The notes beneath the pieces were generated by a model. The model did not search any database and was not told the DNA's origin. It saw nothing but the letters and a program-made list of their open reading frames with translations. From contig OX638156.1 in NCBI GenBank assembly GCA_951804945.1, forward strand, positions 35,030,001 to 35,094,000: a DNA stretch of 64,000 nucleotides, written 5' to 3'. The position numbers were made by a program, and so were the translations under genes. Every line of letters starts with the position of its first letter. Positions within the stretch are counted from its first letter, which is position 1. Of the stretch, positions 1 through 12,557 are shown in pieces. The DNA comes from Podarcis cretensis (Eukaryota).

Positions 1-57
1 TATGATACCCACAGACTGCACTGAATCATTGAAGGATGGAGCCAGGGAATCACAAAC

Positions 58-261
58 CTGGGTTGACTGTGAGACAGCCTCATCCATCGCCAGAGCCCGT
101 TGGCGGACATCCTCCTTGATGCGGGAGTACATGGCTTCTGCCGTCAAGTATTTCTCCTTTACCATCTCTCCTTCTTCTGGGTTCAGCTCACTCAGCTGTG
201 GCCCGATTTTCAGCAGCTTATCAATATGGGGTTTGTGTTCCGCAATCAACTCTCTCAGTTG
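58..261 (-). CDS. MACF1: MACF1 exon ([20 protein letters not shown]...AVSQSTQ), 204 nt, phase 0-0
   Basis: tttgcag|CAA acceptor, CAG|gtttg donor; read by hand. Confidence 0.94.
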
Positions 262-1602
262 CTGCAAAGCGAAGAATTGCAATGAGACTCAAAGATGATA
301 CCTCCTTGCTTTATGCATTTCACTACACTGTGATCCCAGGTTCACAAATCAAACAAAAGAGCAGATTCTGCAATTAAACCAACTGCGTTTATTGGCTCCA
401 AAAAGCTAAAGAACTTGTGTTTGCTCAGCATCATGTGATAAGATGCAGAGACCATATTAACCTCGAGCTGTAATGCTCAAAGCCAGCCTGGTGCCCTCCA
501 GAGGTGTTGGACTACAATTCTCATCTCCTTCAGCCAGCAGACTGTGCTAGCTGGCATTGGTGGGAATTGTACTTCAAAATATACTGAATATATACTAAAA
601 TAAAGTGTGGAAACACTGGGTGGAATTCAAGGTCGCACTAATGCAATCATTCCGTCAGCGCACGCATTTCTGCTAGCCAGATGGAGCTATCTCCCCTCTC
701 CCCTCCCCCACCCCCAGTGCTGCTCTGGGTTTCTCCCCAAAACTCCAGAGTGGAATTGGGAGAAGCATAGGGTGCAGAGAGCAGTCTCACTGTGCTAGTG
801 GGAGTCCTTGTGCTGGCTTCTGCTACTGCACTAGGTTAGCTGAATCCGTCCCAGACTGAATTCATAATCTGCATTGCAGAGATCTTTTATCACTACATGA
901 TTCAGTAACTACTTCTACCGTTTTCAGCAATAAGATGAGGGCATTGTGATGCCCTCTCTCTGCTGCCTTGGGTAATCCAAAGGGGATCCAAAGAGAGTTA
1001 CGAGGGCAAATTTAACTGTCTTTCCAAAATTCCAACAGGGCTTTGGGATACAAAACCCTCACCCTCCTACCCAACCAATCACTAACTCCAGTCTTTCCCC
1101 TCCTTCCATTCCCTAACCCACTTGCTTCTCTAGTTGACTGCTGCCCAGTTTCCACATGTTCTGCTCACCAACCTCCCTCAGCTTGCAAATGTCCGCTTGC
1201 AAACAACCTCTGTCCCTCAGGAAGGGCCCCTGGCAAAGCTCAGCAACTCTCCTGAAGCCAAATGTTTTCATGGTCCGCACATTTGGGGCTTGCATTATCG
1301 CCCGAACACAGAGGGACTTTTGCTTGCTTCTCACAATCAGAGTTCTAAAGGTCTATACTTTTTTTAAGCCACACAGATTCATACCATGGGTGTCTGCAGA
1401 ACTTTTTTTTGAGGGGAAAGTCAATGCAAAGTGGGGAGCAGGCTATTTCCCCCCGCCACAAGCACAAAAGAGAAAACTAAAGCCTGCAAATTTAGCCTCA
1501 TATCTCAGGTTATACAGGTGTGAGAAACTTAAGTTTTACAAAACTGAAAGCTGGTGGCCTGGGCATTCATGCTTCTCTCTCATGCCCCCACCCCCTTCTT
1601 AC

Positions 1603-1821
1603 CCTCATGTCTTCCTGCTGCTGCTTGAGGTGCTCATGGTCAATGGCCAGAGGGGGCAACTGCCCAATCAACACCTGCGTCTCTTCCAGCCAAGGGTTGA
1701 GCTCTTCGTAGGTCTCCCAGAACTGGTTGACTAAGACCTGGGCACGCTCCAAGCGGGCGTAGCGCTCTGAATTGAGGTGGCTGATGTCATCGTACTGCTT
1801 CAGAAGACACTCCGTCTTCTC
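1603..1821 (-). CDS. MACF1: MACF1 exon (EKTECLLKQY...QQQEDMR), 219 nt, phase 0-0
   Basis: cctgcag|GAG acceptor, AGG|gtaag donor. Confidence 0.96.
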
Positions 1822-2152
1822 CTGCAGGAAGAGTAAGATGTGAAGCTCAGGGAGGACGTGCAAGGATTAAGAGGCCTAGGAGATGTCGGGTGACGGTTTT
1901 CATGACCCAGGTCAGCAGGTCTGCTCCATTCTGTATTCATTTTCTTATATGACTGGATTATGTTCCAGCCTGTTTTCCTAAATAAATCTCCCCACACTGC
2001 CTCTTGGGCCCTTCACATAGCTCTTGCCACTAGCCAACAGGCACACATCATTTGGTACTCTGAATTTTGGATATAATATACTTTAAGAGGAGGGGAAATG
2101 GTCTATCTGAGTCAAAGAACAAAAGCAGATGCACGGAATACCAACTTGATTC

Positions 2153-2360
2153 TTTTTATTTATTAGTTTTATATCTCACATTTCCTTCAAGGAGCTCAAA
2201 GGGGTGTATATGGCTCTCTGCCTCTAATTTATCCTCACAACAATCCTGTGAGGTAGGCTCAAAGATGATGACTGGCCTCAGGTCACCCAGTGAGCTTCCT
2301 GGCTCAGATTTGATCCCTGGTCTCCTAGGCCCTAGTCCAATACTCTAACCACTACACCAA
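2153..2360 (-). mobile_element. Older Squam3/MIR-like SINE (related decayed copies near 13400-13630 and 41588-41720)
   Basis: cctcacaacaatcctgtgaggtagg core and ctaaccactacacca end. Confidence 0.72.
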
Positions 2361-2565
2361 ATCACCTTTTGCTTTGCGCTAACTAGACATTTCTACCTAC
2401 TGGCTATAAATGCATAGTGCAACTTCCAATAGCTAAGTACTAGCAAACAAAAAACAAAAAAACTTGGTTAGCCCAGGGGCAGGACCACTGAAAACATGCA
2501 CCAGTAAAACAGGGCTGGCCCCTGGCTGAGTGTTGCCCTCTGCAGCTTTCTTGTCTCTGACTAGA

Positions 2566-2690
2566 GCAGCCTTAGTCAACCCAGTGCCCTTTGGATGTTT
2601 TGACCTACAACTCCCATCAGCCTCAGCAAGCACTGGGGGCTGCTGGGAGTTGTAGTGCAAAAACAACTGGAGGGCAGCAAGTTGGTGCAT
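2566..2690. mobile_element. Palindromic MITE copy (others ~485-580, 7062-7178, 9298-9385, 13700-13792, 16740-16850, 18638-18750, 30045-30130, 39328-39457, 55665-55760)
   Basis: ctacaactcccatcagc / gctgggagttgtag inverted arms. Confidence 0.72.
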
Positions 2691-2708
2691 GCAGGACAAG
2701 AGATTTAC

Positions 2709-2816
2709 CTGCAGTGTGGCTTTCTGTTCCTCCCCACAGGTTCCAAAGATCTCATTCCGCTGGCTGAGCAGCTCGTCCACAGAATCTTTGTGTCGGATGA
2801 TGTCAATAGAGAAAGC
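2709..2816 (-). CDS. MACF1: MACF1 exon (AFSIDIIRHKDSVDELL...QKATLQ), 108 nt, phase 0-0
   Basis: tttcag|GCT acceptor, CAG|gtaaa donor. Confidence 0.95.
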
Positions 2817-3000
2817 CTGAAAGGTTGAACAAGCACAAAGCCATTTTTGTTAAAAAGAAGTGGGTGATGAGAGACGGCGCAAGCACCCTGCATCCATCCT
2901 GCAATGTCATTCTTGGCCTGACTGTAGCCATTGTGCCTACGCTTATCAGGGCCATAGGGTTCAAGTCTGCCTAACTCTAACCATCTAGTATGATTCAAAT

Positions 3001-3134
3001 CAGCCTTTGCCAACCAGGTGCCCCCAGCCAAATGCCTTTGGGGTACAGCTCCCATCATCCTTAACCCTTGGCTGTGCTGACTGATGGGTGTTGTAGTCCA
3101 AAACATCCGGAAGGGACCATTGTGGGGAAGGCCA
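3001..3134. mobile_element. Palindromic MITE copy with 8-bp TSD
   Basis: TSD attcaaat (2993-3000) / atttaaat (3135-3142); same family as 60965-61103. Confidence 0.72.
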
Positions 3135-3870
3135 ATTTAAATTTCTATCCTACCCATCAATATAGTGGTACCCAAGACAATTAACAACAAATAAGATAAA
3201 ATACAACTTGAAGAACAAAGCTGTAAAATAAAAAAAAAACTGCAAAAAGCCCACCGCAGACTTGTAAAAAACAGATTAAGGAAACAGCCCGTTAAAAATA
3301 ATGAGAACAGAATTGGATACAGTCTGTTCTGCTAAGCTGGAGTCCGGATGCCCCCACTTCCCCAACTCCCTTGCCCACAACACCTCATCCAATCTGCCCA
3401 ATCTGAACAGCAACTCAGATTTTATTCAGAACCACCCAAGCCCGCTGATCCCCCCTCCCCCTTGTCCTTCTTATCCCTGTTGAGATCAAAACCCAAACAC
3501 TGAATTGGTTCCAGAAAAAGCCAGTCATTCTTTAGACCAACTGAAATCAGCAGACTATGTAAGACAGTCATTACTAATCTGTCCTGGTGATTTCAATGGG
3601 CAGGAAGCATGGCTAAGTCTGGACCTAACCTATGGTTTCATCCATGATGCCTTTAGACCACCACACGACTCCCAAATGCCTCAAGAAATCTCAAGAGCTC
3701 CAGCTGATGCTGATGCTTCCGTGTTATTCTTCCCTGGAAGCACCCAGCCTCTCTCCTGGCTTCCCAGCACTCAGGGCCATCATCTACTCTTCTGCAACGG
3801 CACGGTTAAAAGTACCACTTTGCCCTCCAGCTCACTCCATCCAACAAGCGTTCAACCCAGAGTCCCGCAC

Positions 3871-3990
3871 CTTTTGGACCTGAAGCTGGGCTGTAGTCTG
3901 GTCTTGCTCCAGGCGAATTGGGCCAAGCGCCATCAGCTTCCGTTTCGTCTCAGCAACCCAGGCAAGCTCTGAATCAGCTGCCTGTTCATA
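3871..3990 (-). CDS. MACF1: MACF1 exon ([11 protein letters not shown]...AQLQVQK), 120 nt, phase 0-0
   Basis: ggacag|TAT acceptor, AAG|gtgcg donor. Confidence 0.95.
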
Positions 3991-5035
3991 CTGTCCGGGG
4001 AAAAGAGAGGAGAATTTAGAGCCGGCAAGACACAAACCAGAAAAAGCCTGGCATTTGCCTTTGAATGTGGGGCAACTATGAGGCTGCATGAACATTAAAT
4101 GAAGAGCAAGGTGGGGGAAAGGAGGTTTTGGCTAAAGCAGTACATTCAGACCAAGCTGCAGTTTCATCTTAGGCACAGCATTGCTTTCTGACATATCCAC
4201 AAGCCCCAATGCTGTTCTCCAGATGCTGCTGGGACTCAGACTCTCCTTAGTAAGGCCAATGGACAGAGGTGATGAGTCCATCAGCAGCACCCAAAGGGCC
4301 ACGTGAGAGAAGGCAGCTTCTAAGCAGTGTGTGAAAATAATTTTAAGTTCATAAGTGCTGAGAAATCAAAGTTTTAAATCTACTAGCCCTGTGCAAAGAT
4401 GGAAAATTCTTAGGAATCAACATTAGTGTTTCAGGCACTTGACTGATCAAGAGATGAGATTTACGGAGTTAATTCCGTATCTGAAATGAATGAATGTGTG
4501 TGAGAAAGATGACCTGAAGCTTGTGGTTTTTTGCTTCACTATTCTCGAGTGAAAACTCTGTTTTCATCCAGTTCTCCATCAATGACTCACTCATTACCCT
4601 TGAAACTGACCTTGGCCTCGCTAGTGTTACTCTGTCCGCAAAGCAGAAGACAGCCCAGAAAAAGGACCACCCAAGACAGGCTAGAAAAATAAACTGATTT
4701 TACAAATGTTTGATTCCTTGATAATATGCTCCATGAAGAAACATTACGTTTTGTGAGTTGATGTGTATCCTGTGGGTGAAATCACGTGCTTTACTGACTG
4801 GCTGTACACATATATTTAGTTCTTGTTTTGTGTTTGTGGCACATTGTACCAGTCCCGATTACAGCTTACTGAAGGCAAAGTCTCCTGTTATCTGTGTGGA
4901 GGAGTGGGACCTATTTTCTTTTTAATTTAGAAGCTTGCCCACTCCCTGCCTCCTCTGCACCAAGCCTTTTTCCATAGAAGGTCTTTATGAGGGAAGAAAC
5001 AAGGGCCACTAAAAAAGCAAACTCTCAAACTCTAC

Positions 5036-5242
5036 CTGCTGGGACCTCTGTATAGCAGCATCTATTTCTTCCACCCTTTGCTTGATGGTGTCACTGATCA
5101 TCTTGTAGCGCTCATTAGTATCCGAAACCAACTTATCCAGCCCTTCGCGGGCACGCCAGGGCACCAGCTCCAGGAGGGCACGGCTGACTTCGTTCACAGT
5201 ATCCAGGATAAGCCTGTGTTCCATCACCTCCTTCTTCAGTTC
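5036..5242 (-). CDS. MACF1: MACF1 exon (ELKKEVMEH...AIQRSQQ), 207 nt, phase 0-0
   Basis: tttgcag|GAA acceptor, CAG|gtaga donor. Confidence 0.96.
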
Positions 5243-5998
5243 CTGCAAAAGAAAAGGAATAAAGGTCCAGCTGTCTGTGGTTGTGAATCCACTTGCCCTT
5301 TGGGTTGTACACAAAGGGTATTTTTTCATGATCAAAGACCGGCACAGGGCCCCCTGATGTTGGAAATCCAGGCCTCCAGTTGTTGAGATGGACAGAGGTA
5401 TTTCATTTGTAGTGGAAGGAAAGAGGAAAGAACATTTCCCATCCCAGCAGAAGTGGGCAAGGCATCTTCCTGGCTGTGGATCACAGGCCAGTGTATGATA
5501 ACAACCACTTTTACTTGCAGGTGCTTTAAACTAAAAAGCAGACATAGCTGTGTCAGTCCATTAAAAAACCCTCCAAAGTCTGCAAATGCCTTTATTAGGA
5601 ACAATCTAAAAGCTTCTAAGCTCTCCATAACTCTTCAGAATATCACACAAAGCTGGGAGTATGGACAATTTTTTTTTAAAAAAACAACCCAAAACCCAGG
5701 GAAGTAGAGCAATTAGCAAGCCATGAAGTCAGCACTTGTAGACACATTCCAAGAGGAGGATTGCAGATGGAGAAGGTTCCCTCTCTGATACTACAAACAA
5801 CAGGTTACACAGCGAGGCTCATTTGGTAAAGTAACAATGGCTTCTTGCCTGCTGAGAAGTCCTAGAGAACTTACAAGCTGGTCACATCTTTGTGAGTTTT
5901 TGGTCCGTTAGTTACTAACTACTTAGCACACTCACTGTTACTACCAAAGCCCACTCTCCTTTGAAAACACTCTGCCTGAGTGTGGAATGGCTCCTGAC

Positions 5999-6240
5999 CT
6001 TCTGCCTCTGCTGGAACTGAGGGATCTGCTCCCCGACAGGAGAGTGCCCTCCACCCGACGTCAGCTCCTCTTCCACCAGACCCATCCAGTCTGTCAGCTC
6101 CTCATGCGTGGACTGGAACTTGGTGGCCAGCTGGCGGGCCTGCTCCAGAGTGCGGAGAGCCTTTGAGCTGGCTGTGGTGATATCCGAGTAGCGGGTCTTG
6201 ATGCCGTCCAGCTTCTCCTGGATGAGCAGCACCTCTTCCC
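5999..6240 (-). CDS. MACF1: MACF1 exon (GEEVLLIQEKLDG...QFQQRQK), 242 nt, phase 1-0
   Basis: cctgcag|GG acceptor, AAG|gtcag donor. Confidence 0.96.
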
Positions 6241-6670
6241 CTGCAGGGAGCCACCAAGTGTTTAGCTGCAGCAAGCTCTAGTCATTTGGTTTAGAGACTT
6301 CTTTTGTTTTGCCACTTTATCTGTAGGCTTAGAAACTACTTCTCAAACAAAAGCTACCAAAGTAGAATACAATAAGATTAACTCCCCACATGTTATAGAC
6401 TCAATAAGCTAAAAACAATAAAACAATTTCTATACTTAATGTTCTAGAAAATGACAAGCCTTCTTAAGCAAAAAGCAGCAAATACTTGGGATTTAAAGCC
6501 CCTGCTTTCAACCCCACTCCAAGCCACCCTTTATAAGAAAATAAGAAATGAAGTGGGTGAATCTTTTTTTGGGGGAAAGTTGTACTATGTTCTGCAGCCA
6601 TTGGTACAGAGGAGTCAATGAAGAATGACAGGAAGGATTGTGGGGAGCGCAACAGGTTGGCTAGCCTTAC

Positions 6671-6755
6671 CTGTGGTTTGCTTCAGAAGGGCCTGCCCGT
6701 TCTTAATGGCCTGGTCTACATTCTTCTTGCGGTTCATAATCTCATCATTCAAGGC
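6671..6755 (-). CDS. MACF1: MACF1 exon (ALNDEIMNRKKNVDQAIKNGQALLKQTT), 85 nt, phase 0-1
   Basis: cctag|GCC acceptor, ACAG|gtaag donor; read by hand. Confidence 0.95.
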
Positions 6756-7424
6756 CTAGGCGGGGGGGGGGGAAAAACCTTGTGTCAAAGGCGAGTTCCC
6801 CTGGAGAGGCTCCTCTTTGACCAAAAAAAGTTTCCCCCACTGGGGCTCCAACAACATTAGCACATAGACGGAGTAAAGGTGGCACCCAAGAGACATCTGT
6901 GGCTCCCTTCCACACAGGAAGCCTCTGGGAGGGGACACAGAAGCAGCCTGAAGCCTAAGGAAGGCAGGGCATTGATGATGCTCACTATTTCCACCAAAAA
7001 GAAGAGGAGGGAGAGTCTTAGGCAGACCACCACTGCATCAAGCTAGGAGGAATACTTACACCAGCCTTTCCTAACCAAGTCCAAATGTTCTGGACTACAA
7101 ACCCCATCAAGCCCAGGATCATGGGGCTGATGGGAGCTGTAGTCGAAAACCTATGGAGAGCGCCTTTGGGAAGGGCTGCTTTAAGTAGAGGGTGGCAGCC
7201 TTCTAAAAGGCTTGACTGGGACAAGGGTTGGTCATCATTCTCTCTCTTTTTTTCCCTTTGGCACAGCGATAACGCCGGTTTGTGTGGTGGTATGGGGCAG
7301 CAGCAAGGGTGGGGCTGGTGTTCTAGGGAGATATTAATGGCCCAGATCAAAATCAAAAGACTCAAAGCAACAGAAACAAAGGAAAAGATAAGAAGAATAA
7401 GAATACATTATGGAAGATGGGAAA

Positions 7425-7426
<2 letters not shown>

Positions 7427-7468
<42 letters not shown>
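7427..7468. repeat. (AAT)n microsatellite
   Basis: direct reading. Confidence 0.95.
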
Positions 7469-7469
<1 letters not shown>

Positions 7470-7499
7470 ATCATGAAAGATGGGAAAATGAGTCAGTAC

Positions 7500-7826
7500 C
7501 AGGTGGTCGGCATGCTGCCTCTGCAGGATGTCCCGCTTGTAATCCTTGACGGCTACTGAGCTGAGCTTGTCCTCAACCTCAGCCAACCAGTTGAGCACCT
7601 CCACCTCGTCCTCCCCAAAGAGCCGGGCGTTGGACAAGGCCTGGTCAAGAAGGGCAGCCTTCCGGCCACACCGGTCGCAAACCTCTGCATACCGGGACTC
7701 AAGCAGGTCAAGCTTCTCAGCCAGCGAGGCCTGCTCAGCCTGACAGCTCAAGGAGGCCAGGGACTGTCCAGTGTTGACTGCCAGAGCCACAGCTGAGCCA
7801 TGACTCTCTATCTCCTCATCGAGGGC
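7500..7826 (-). CDS. MACF1: MACF1 exon (ALDEEIESH...RQHADHL), 327 nt, symmetric phase 0-0
   Basis: ctccag|GCC acceptor, CTG|gtact donor. Confidence 0.95.
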
Positions 7827-8924
7827 CTGGAGATCCGTGAGATGGTTTAAGAGAAGGGGGAACACAAAACAAGTAGACAGAAACTTATGACTGAAAATGG
7901 AATAAACGGGAAACAAATCTAAAACAAAACTGAGAAATGAGCGTGTCTGATGATCATGCAAACTCAAAGTAAAAATATCCACCCACGAGGGCAATAACAT
8001 ATATGAAATAAATTGTTTAAATAAAGAAAAGTGAGAGATGGGAGTTTTGTTTCATTCTTCTCCGGAGGCCAGGTAATCTCATGAACAGGAGTTATAGCTG
8101 TGGCTGCTATTTTCATAGCTTAAAGAGGAAAAGTTACTGAATTTGGGAAAAGGTGTGTGTGGTGGGGTGTATCTCCCACACAATTCCCTTCTAATGAGCC
8201 AGGATTCTTCCTACCCAGAGACCCCTGATTGACACCAACAATGATTCCTTCTTGCGATTGGCTGAGCTGACGTGACAACACTCAAGTGTTCAAACACGCT
8301 AAGGCTGCAATCCTATACACAATTAGCTGGGAGTATGTCCCACTAAACCCAATGGACCTTATTCCAAGCAGACCCATCTAGGATTGCACCAAGTGCAGGA
8401 TTCTAGGATTTAGTGATATGGGCAATATGCTAGGAACTACTAAAGTTAAAAACCTAAGAACAACCCTGCTGCCGGATCAGTCCAATAGCCCAGTATCCTG
8501 CTCTTATACTGGCCAAACGAATGCCTGTAGGAAGTCTGCAAGCAGGACCCAAGTGTATCGGCGTTCTACCTGTCTCTGATTCCCACACCTGCTATTCAGA
8601 GGTATACTATGTCTGACAGTGAAAGCAGAACATAAGTCATCACGGGTAGTAGCCATTGGCAGTCTTGTCCTGCATGTTCTGAGGCTCAACATTTTGCTTG
8701 GATACAAACCATGAGACTCTTCATTCTGAATTCCAAGCAACTCAACTTGGCTTAAGGATTGTTCCGTTATGACATGCATGTTTCCAACCTCCCCCACCCC
8801 CGCCCCCAAATCTTATTCAGGTACCCAGGTTCCACAGCAGCAGCTATTCTTACTGAAGTGCCTACCGCACAGTGCTCCCCCGTCACCCCCACATTTCACA
8901 ATTCCCTGGCAACCCTTTGCCCAC

Positions 8925-9084
8925 CTTATGCCGGCTTATCTGCTGCTGGATTTTGGCCGTCTGAGTCCCAATGGGCTCCGAGTTGGCCAGTTTCTTCTCA
9001 GTCACCGACAGCCAGTCAGAGATGGGCTCTGATGTCTCGTGGAACTGCTTGGCCAAAACCAGGATCTCCTCCAGCTGGTTTTGC
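8925..9084 (-). CDS. MACF1: MACF1 exon ([14 protein letters not shown]...QQISRHK), 160 nt, phase 2-0
   Basis: ccacag|G acceptor, AAG|gtggg donor. Confidence 0.95.
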
Positions 9085-9599
9085 CTGTGGCAAGAAAAAA
9101 ACAAATCCATCAGCAACAATGGGGGGGGGGGGAGCGAGGAAGAAGATGAGGCTACTTTGCAATTCCTGCAATAACGAAGAATGAAATGAGCACCCAGAGT
9201 ATTTATCCTGAGAAAGTTGAGCAGATAACCAGGTTCAGCTTTTTCACCAGGGATTCTGCTAGAAAGCATTTTAAGAGACTTCCAGGACTGGCTGGAACAG
9301 CCTTCGCCAAGGTGATGCTCTCCAGATGTTTTGGCCTACTACTCCCATCAGCCCCAGCCAACATCTGGAGGGCATCATCTTGGCAAAGGATGGGCAAGAG
9401 CCCCTAGGGTCATTAACTACATCACCCTTTTTTGAAGACAGGATTAATGTATCAAGAGCCTGCCTCATCAACCTTTCAGAGTTCGAGAGTGCCAATAAGA
9501 TTGCTGAAACATGTAGTCTGGCAGACACTGGCAGACACTGCATAGTTGAGCTCCCTAAAAGTTTTCCTCTACCCAAACACTTCTGAATAAACTCAGCAG

Positions 9600-10110
9600 T
9601 CACAGGGTGAAAGGACAGATCCTCTTAAGGATCAGCAGTTGGTTAAAGAACAGGAAACAGAGTGTGGGAATAAACAGACAGTTCTCACAATGGAAGGAAG
9701 GAAGCATGCAGTAAAGTTCCTGAAGGATCTGTGCATTGGAGCTGATGGTGCCCCTGAACTTGTTCAGGAATGATCTGGAGACAGGAGTGAGAAGGGAGCT
9801 GACAAAGTTTGTGGATGACACCAAAGTATTCAGTATGATGAACAACCAAGCGGGCTGTGAAGAGCTCCAAAAGGATGTCTCCAAAACAGGGCAGGCGGTA
9901 ACAAAATGAGAAATGCAGTTCAATGAATATATGAATAAAGTGATAGATGCATGAAGCAAAGCAAAACAAAACAAAAACAAAAACAAAAACAACCCCAAAA
10001 CCTTAATGATATATACACTGATGGGGCCTAAAGTGGAGATGATTGACCAAGAAGGGAATTGTGGGTTCAGTGAAAATATCAGTAATTTTTGTAGCCCCGT
10101 GCAAAAGTTC
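9600..10110 (+). mobile_element. CR1 LINE reverse-transcriptase fragment, decayed
   Basis: encodes NDLETGV...KFVDDTKVF (FADD motif region)...CEELQKD. Confidence 0.8.
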
Positions 10111-10775
10111 TCCTGCACTGACTGCCTCCTCTGAAATGAACCACAGCTGTTATCTGTTCTTGCACAGCTACCATTCATTGAAAGGGGACCTCCCCCTTTT
10201 TCTTACATCTGCAAGGGTGGTCTTGAGGACTGCCCTCCACAGACATTAAAACATCCTGGACTGGCCCTGGATGGTCAAAGGTTATCTGCTACCACTGCTG
10301 GTTTAATTGGTATCTGAATTCTGTATTTTTGTTTTATGCCGATTTAATCTTACAGTTTGATTTTGGTTTATACTGCACATATCTCTATCTTGGCATCTTC
10401 AAGTGAAGGGCAGATGATAAATATTTTAAAGATGAAAGAAATACTGTGGCACAGAAGCGTGTTCCACACGTGCTGCTCATGGTGCTCTAGGACTCACAGG
10501 ATCAATAGGGTTTTTGTGTGTGTGAGTTTTACAAGCAAGAGACTCTCCTGCAAGTAGTGCATCCCATCCTGTGGACACAGTTTGTATTCTTCAGTCCTGC
10601 TAACCACATTCAGCTGCAATGTCCTAGCCATAGGGCTCAGAAGTTCAGAGTGATTTCATTCAGAGCACAGGCATGAGACAACAGCTTGTTTTGCAAAGTT
10701 ATTGTGTGCAATGCACAGGCAGTCACAGTTCATAAAATAACTCGTGTTATGAAACAGCAGGGTTACCAGAGCAAA

Positions 10776-10963
10776 GGGCCACAGCTCAATGGCAGAGTAT
10801 CTGCTGTGCATGCAGAAGGTCCCAGGGGTGCAGCCCCCAGCAGCATCTCCAGGCAGGGCTGGGAAAGGCTCCCTGCCTGAAACCCTGGAGAGCTGCTGCC
10901 AATCAGAGTAGCCTGTACTGAGCTAGATGGACCAATGGTCCGACTCAGTATAAGGCAGCTTAC
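10776..10963 (+). mobile_element. Squam2-type tRNA-derived SINE
   Basis: gggccacagctcaatggcagag head ... ctgaaaccctggagagctgctgcca ... gactcagtataaggcagctt. Confidence 0.8.
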
Positions 10964-11083
10964 CAAAAGAACATCAAAGTATACTTCGCTGGGAGAGGAG
11001 AGCGCAAAGCAAAGGTCACTTTCTCCCGCTTCAGTGCTAAATTACAACAGACAAGCTTGCATCCTACAGGCCTTGTAGCTTAC

Positions 11084-11250
11084 CTGGCTGTAGCTTTGCT
11101 GAGAAGTCCTGCCCAGTGGCTTCCAAGGCTCTCCAGTTGGGCAACTATCTTCTCCCTGTCTGCTGGTTCAGCAGACTGAGCTATTCTCCCACCCTCTGCT
11201 TGGATCATCTCGACAGTAGCTTTCCGGTCATCCAGGAGACGCTGGAGCAG
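11084..11250 (-). CDS. MACF1: MACF1 exon ([17 protein letters not shown]...SKATAR), 167 nt, phase 0-2
   Basis: ttccaaag|CTG acceptor, AG|gtaag donor; read by hand. Confidence 0.94.
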
Positions 11251-11772
11251 CTTTGGAATAAAGTATTAGAAAGTGATAATTATTCTGCTAAGGAAGGAAT
11301 TACCCTTCTGCTTTCAGTAAGGCCAACAGTCCCCAGAGCTCCCCCTCTGCTAAACTCACATTTCCCTCCTACCACTCTTTTAACTGTGCCCTCTTTCTCC
11401 CCTTTCACTCACCACCATCAACTTCAAGTTCCCAGACCTCACCCAACAAAGGCTGCCTTTTATGCCATTCCTAGTGGGGGCTGTCTCCACACTAAAGGTT
11501 GGGTGTCTGCCCCCTATATTGTCCCCTCTCTGTTCTGCAAAGCTCATCAACTACCAACCTCTTTCCTTCCTTCTCCTGCTTATTTGACAATGGCACAGTT
11601 GGTAGATAGAAGCCGTCTGCCAAAAGGAAAGCAAGTGAAACCTTTCCTGTCAACTGGGGATACCTGGGGCTGCTGGTGGAGCTGAGTGCCCAGAGCAGAG
11701 AGAGGCCATGGAGGGTCCTGCCAGCCAGCTGTGCTCTGTGAGTTCAAGGTCCCCTGGCTTCCAACTCCTCAC

Positions 11773-11943
11773 CTTTTGCTCCTGAATCTGAGCCTTCACT
11801 ACTTTATATTCAGCAGATGGCGGCTTCTGGTTGGAGATGAGCTCCTCCGTGTCGGCCAACCAGCTCAGCAAAGGCTCCAAGGCATCCTGGAACTTTCCAC
11901 AATGCAACAGGGCTTCCTGCAGCTGTGCGATCCTCTGCGCCAC
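11773..11943 (-). CDS. MACF1: MACF1 exon ([16 protein letters not shown]...AQIQEQK), 171 nt, phase 0-0
   Basis: atgtag|GTG acceptor, AAG|gtgag donor. Confidence 0.96.
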
Positions 11944-12084
11944 CTACATTTTGCCAGAACATAACAGTCACACATATATATTGCTACAGAAGCATTTACT
12001 GGTCAACCATTTGGAAAGAGTGCTTCTCAGATTCGCTTCATTTTCACAGTCACTGTGCAAGGTAGAACATTACTTCTCTTGAGT

Positions 12085-12557
12085 TCTTCACGGCCTAGGA
12101 CCCTCGTACCTACGGGACCGCCTCTCCCAGTATGCCCCACGGAGGACCTTAAGGTCCATAAATAGCAACACCCTAGAGGTCCCGGGCCCTAAGGAAGTTA
12201 GATTAGCCTCAACCAGAGCCAGGGCTTTTTCAACACTGGCTCCAGCCTGGTGGAATGCTCTGTCTCATGAGACCAGGGCCCTGCAGGATCTGATTTCTTT
12301 CCACAGGGCCTGTAAGACAGAGTTGTTCCGCCTGGACTTTGGCTTGGAGTCTGTTTGATTCCCTCCCCCTCTTTCTTTTTCCCTTTCTCCTCCTGCGATG
12401 AGGATGCATTTTAATGTTTTAATGTTGTATTTTAATCTTGTTTTCAAGTTGTATTCATTCAACTTGTTTTTTGTTATTGGTTGTTAGCTGCCCTGAGCCC
12501 GGCCTTGGCTGGGGAGGGCAGGGTATAAATAAAAATTATTATTATTATTATTATTAA
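12085..12557 (+). mobile_element. L2-clade LINE 3' end
   Basis: translates to LHGLGPSYLRDRL...RAFSTLAPAWWNAL...KTELF (L2 ORF2 C-terminus), then 3'UTR and (TAT)n tail. Confidence 0.85.
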
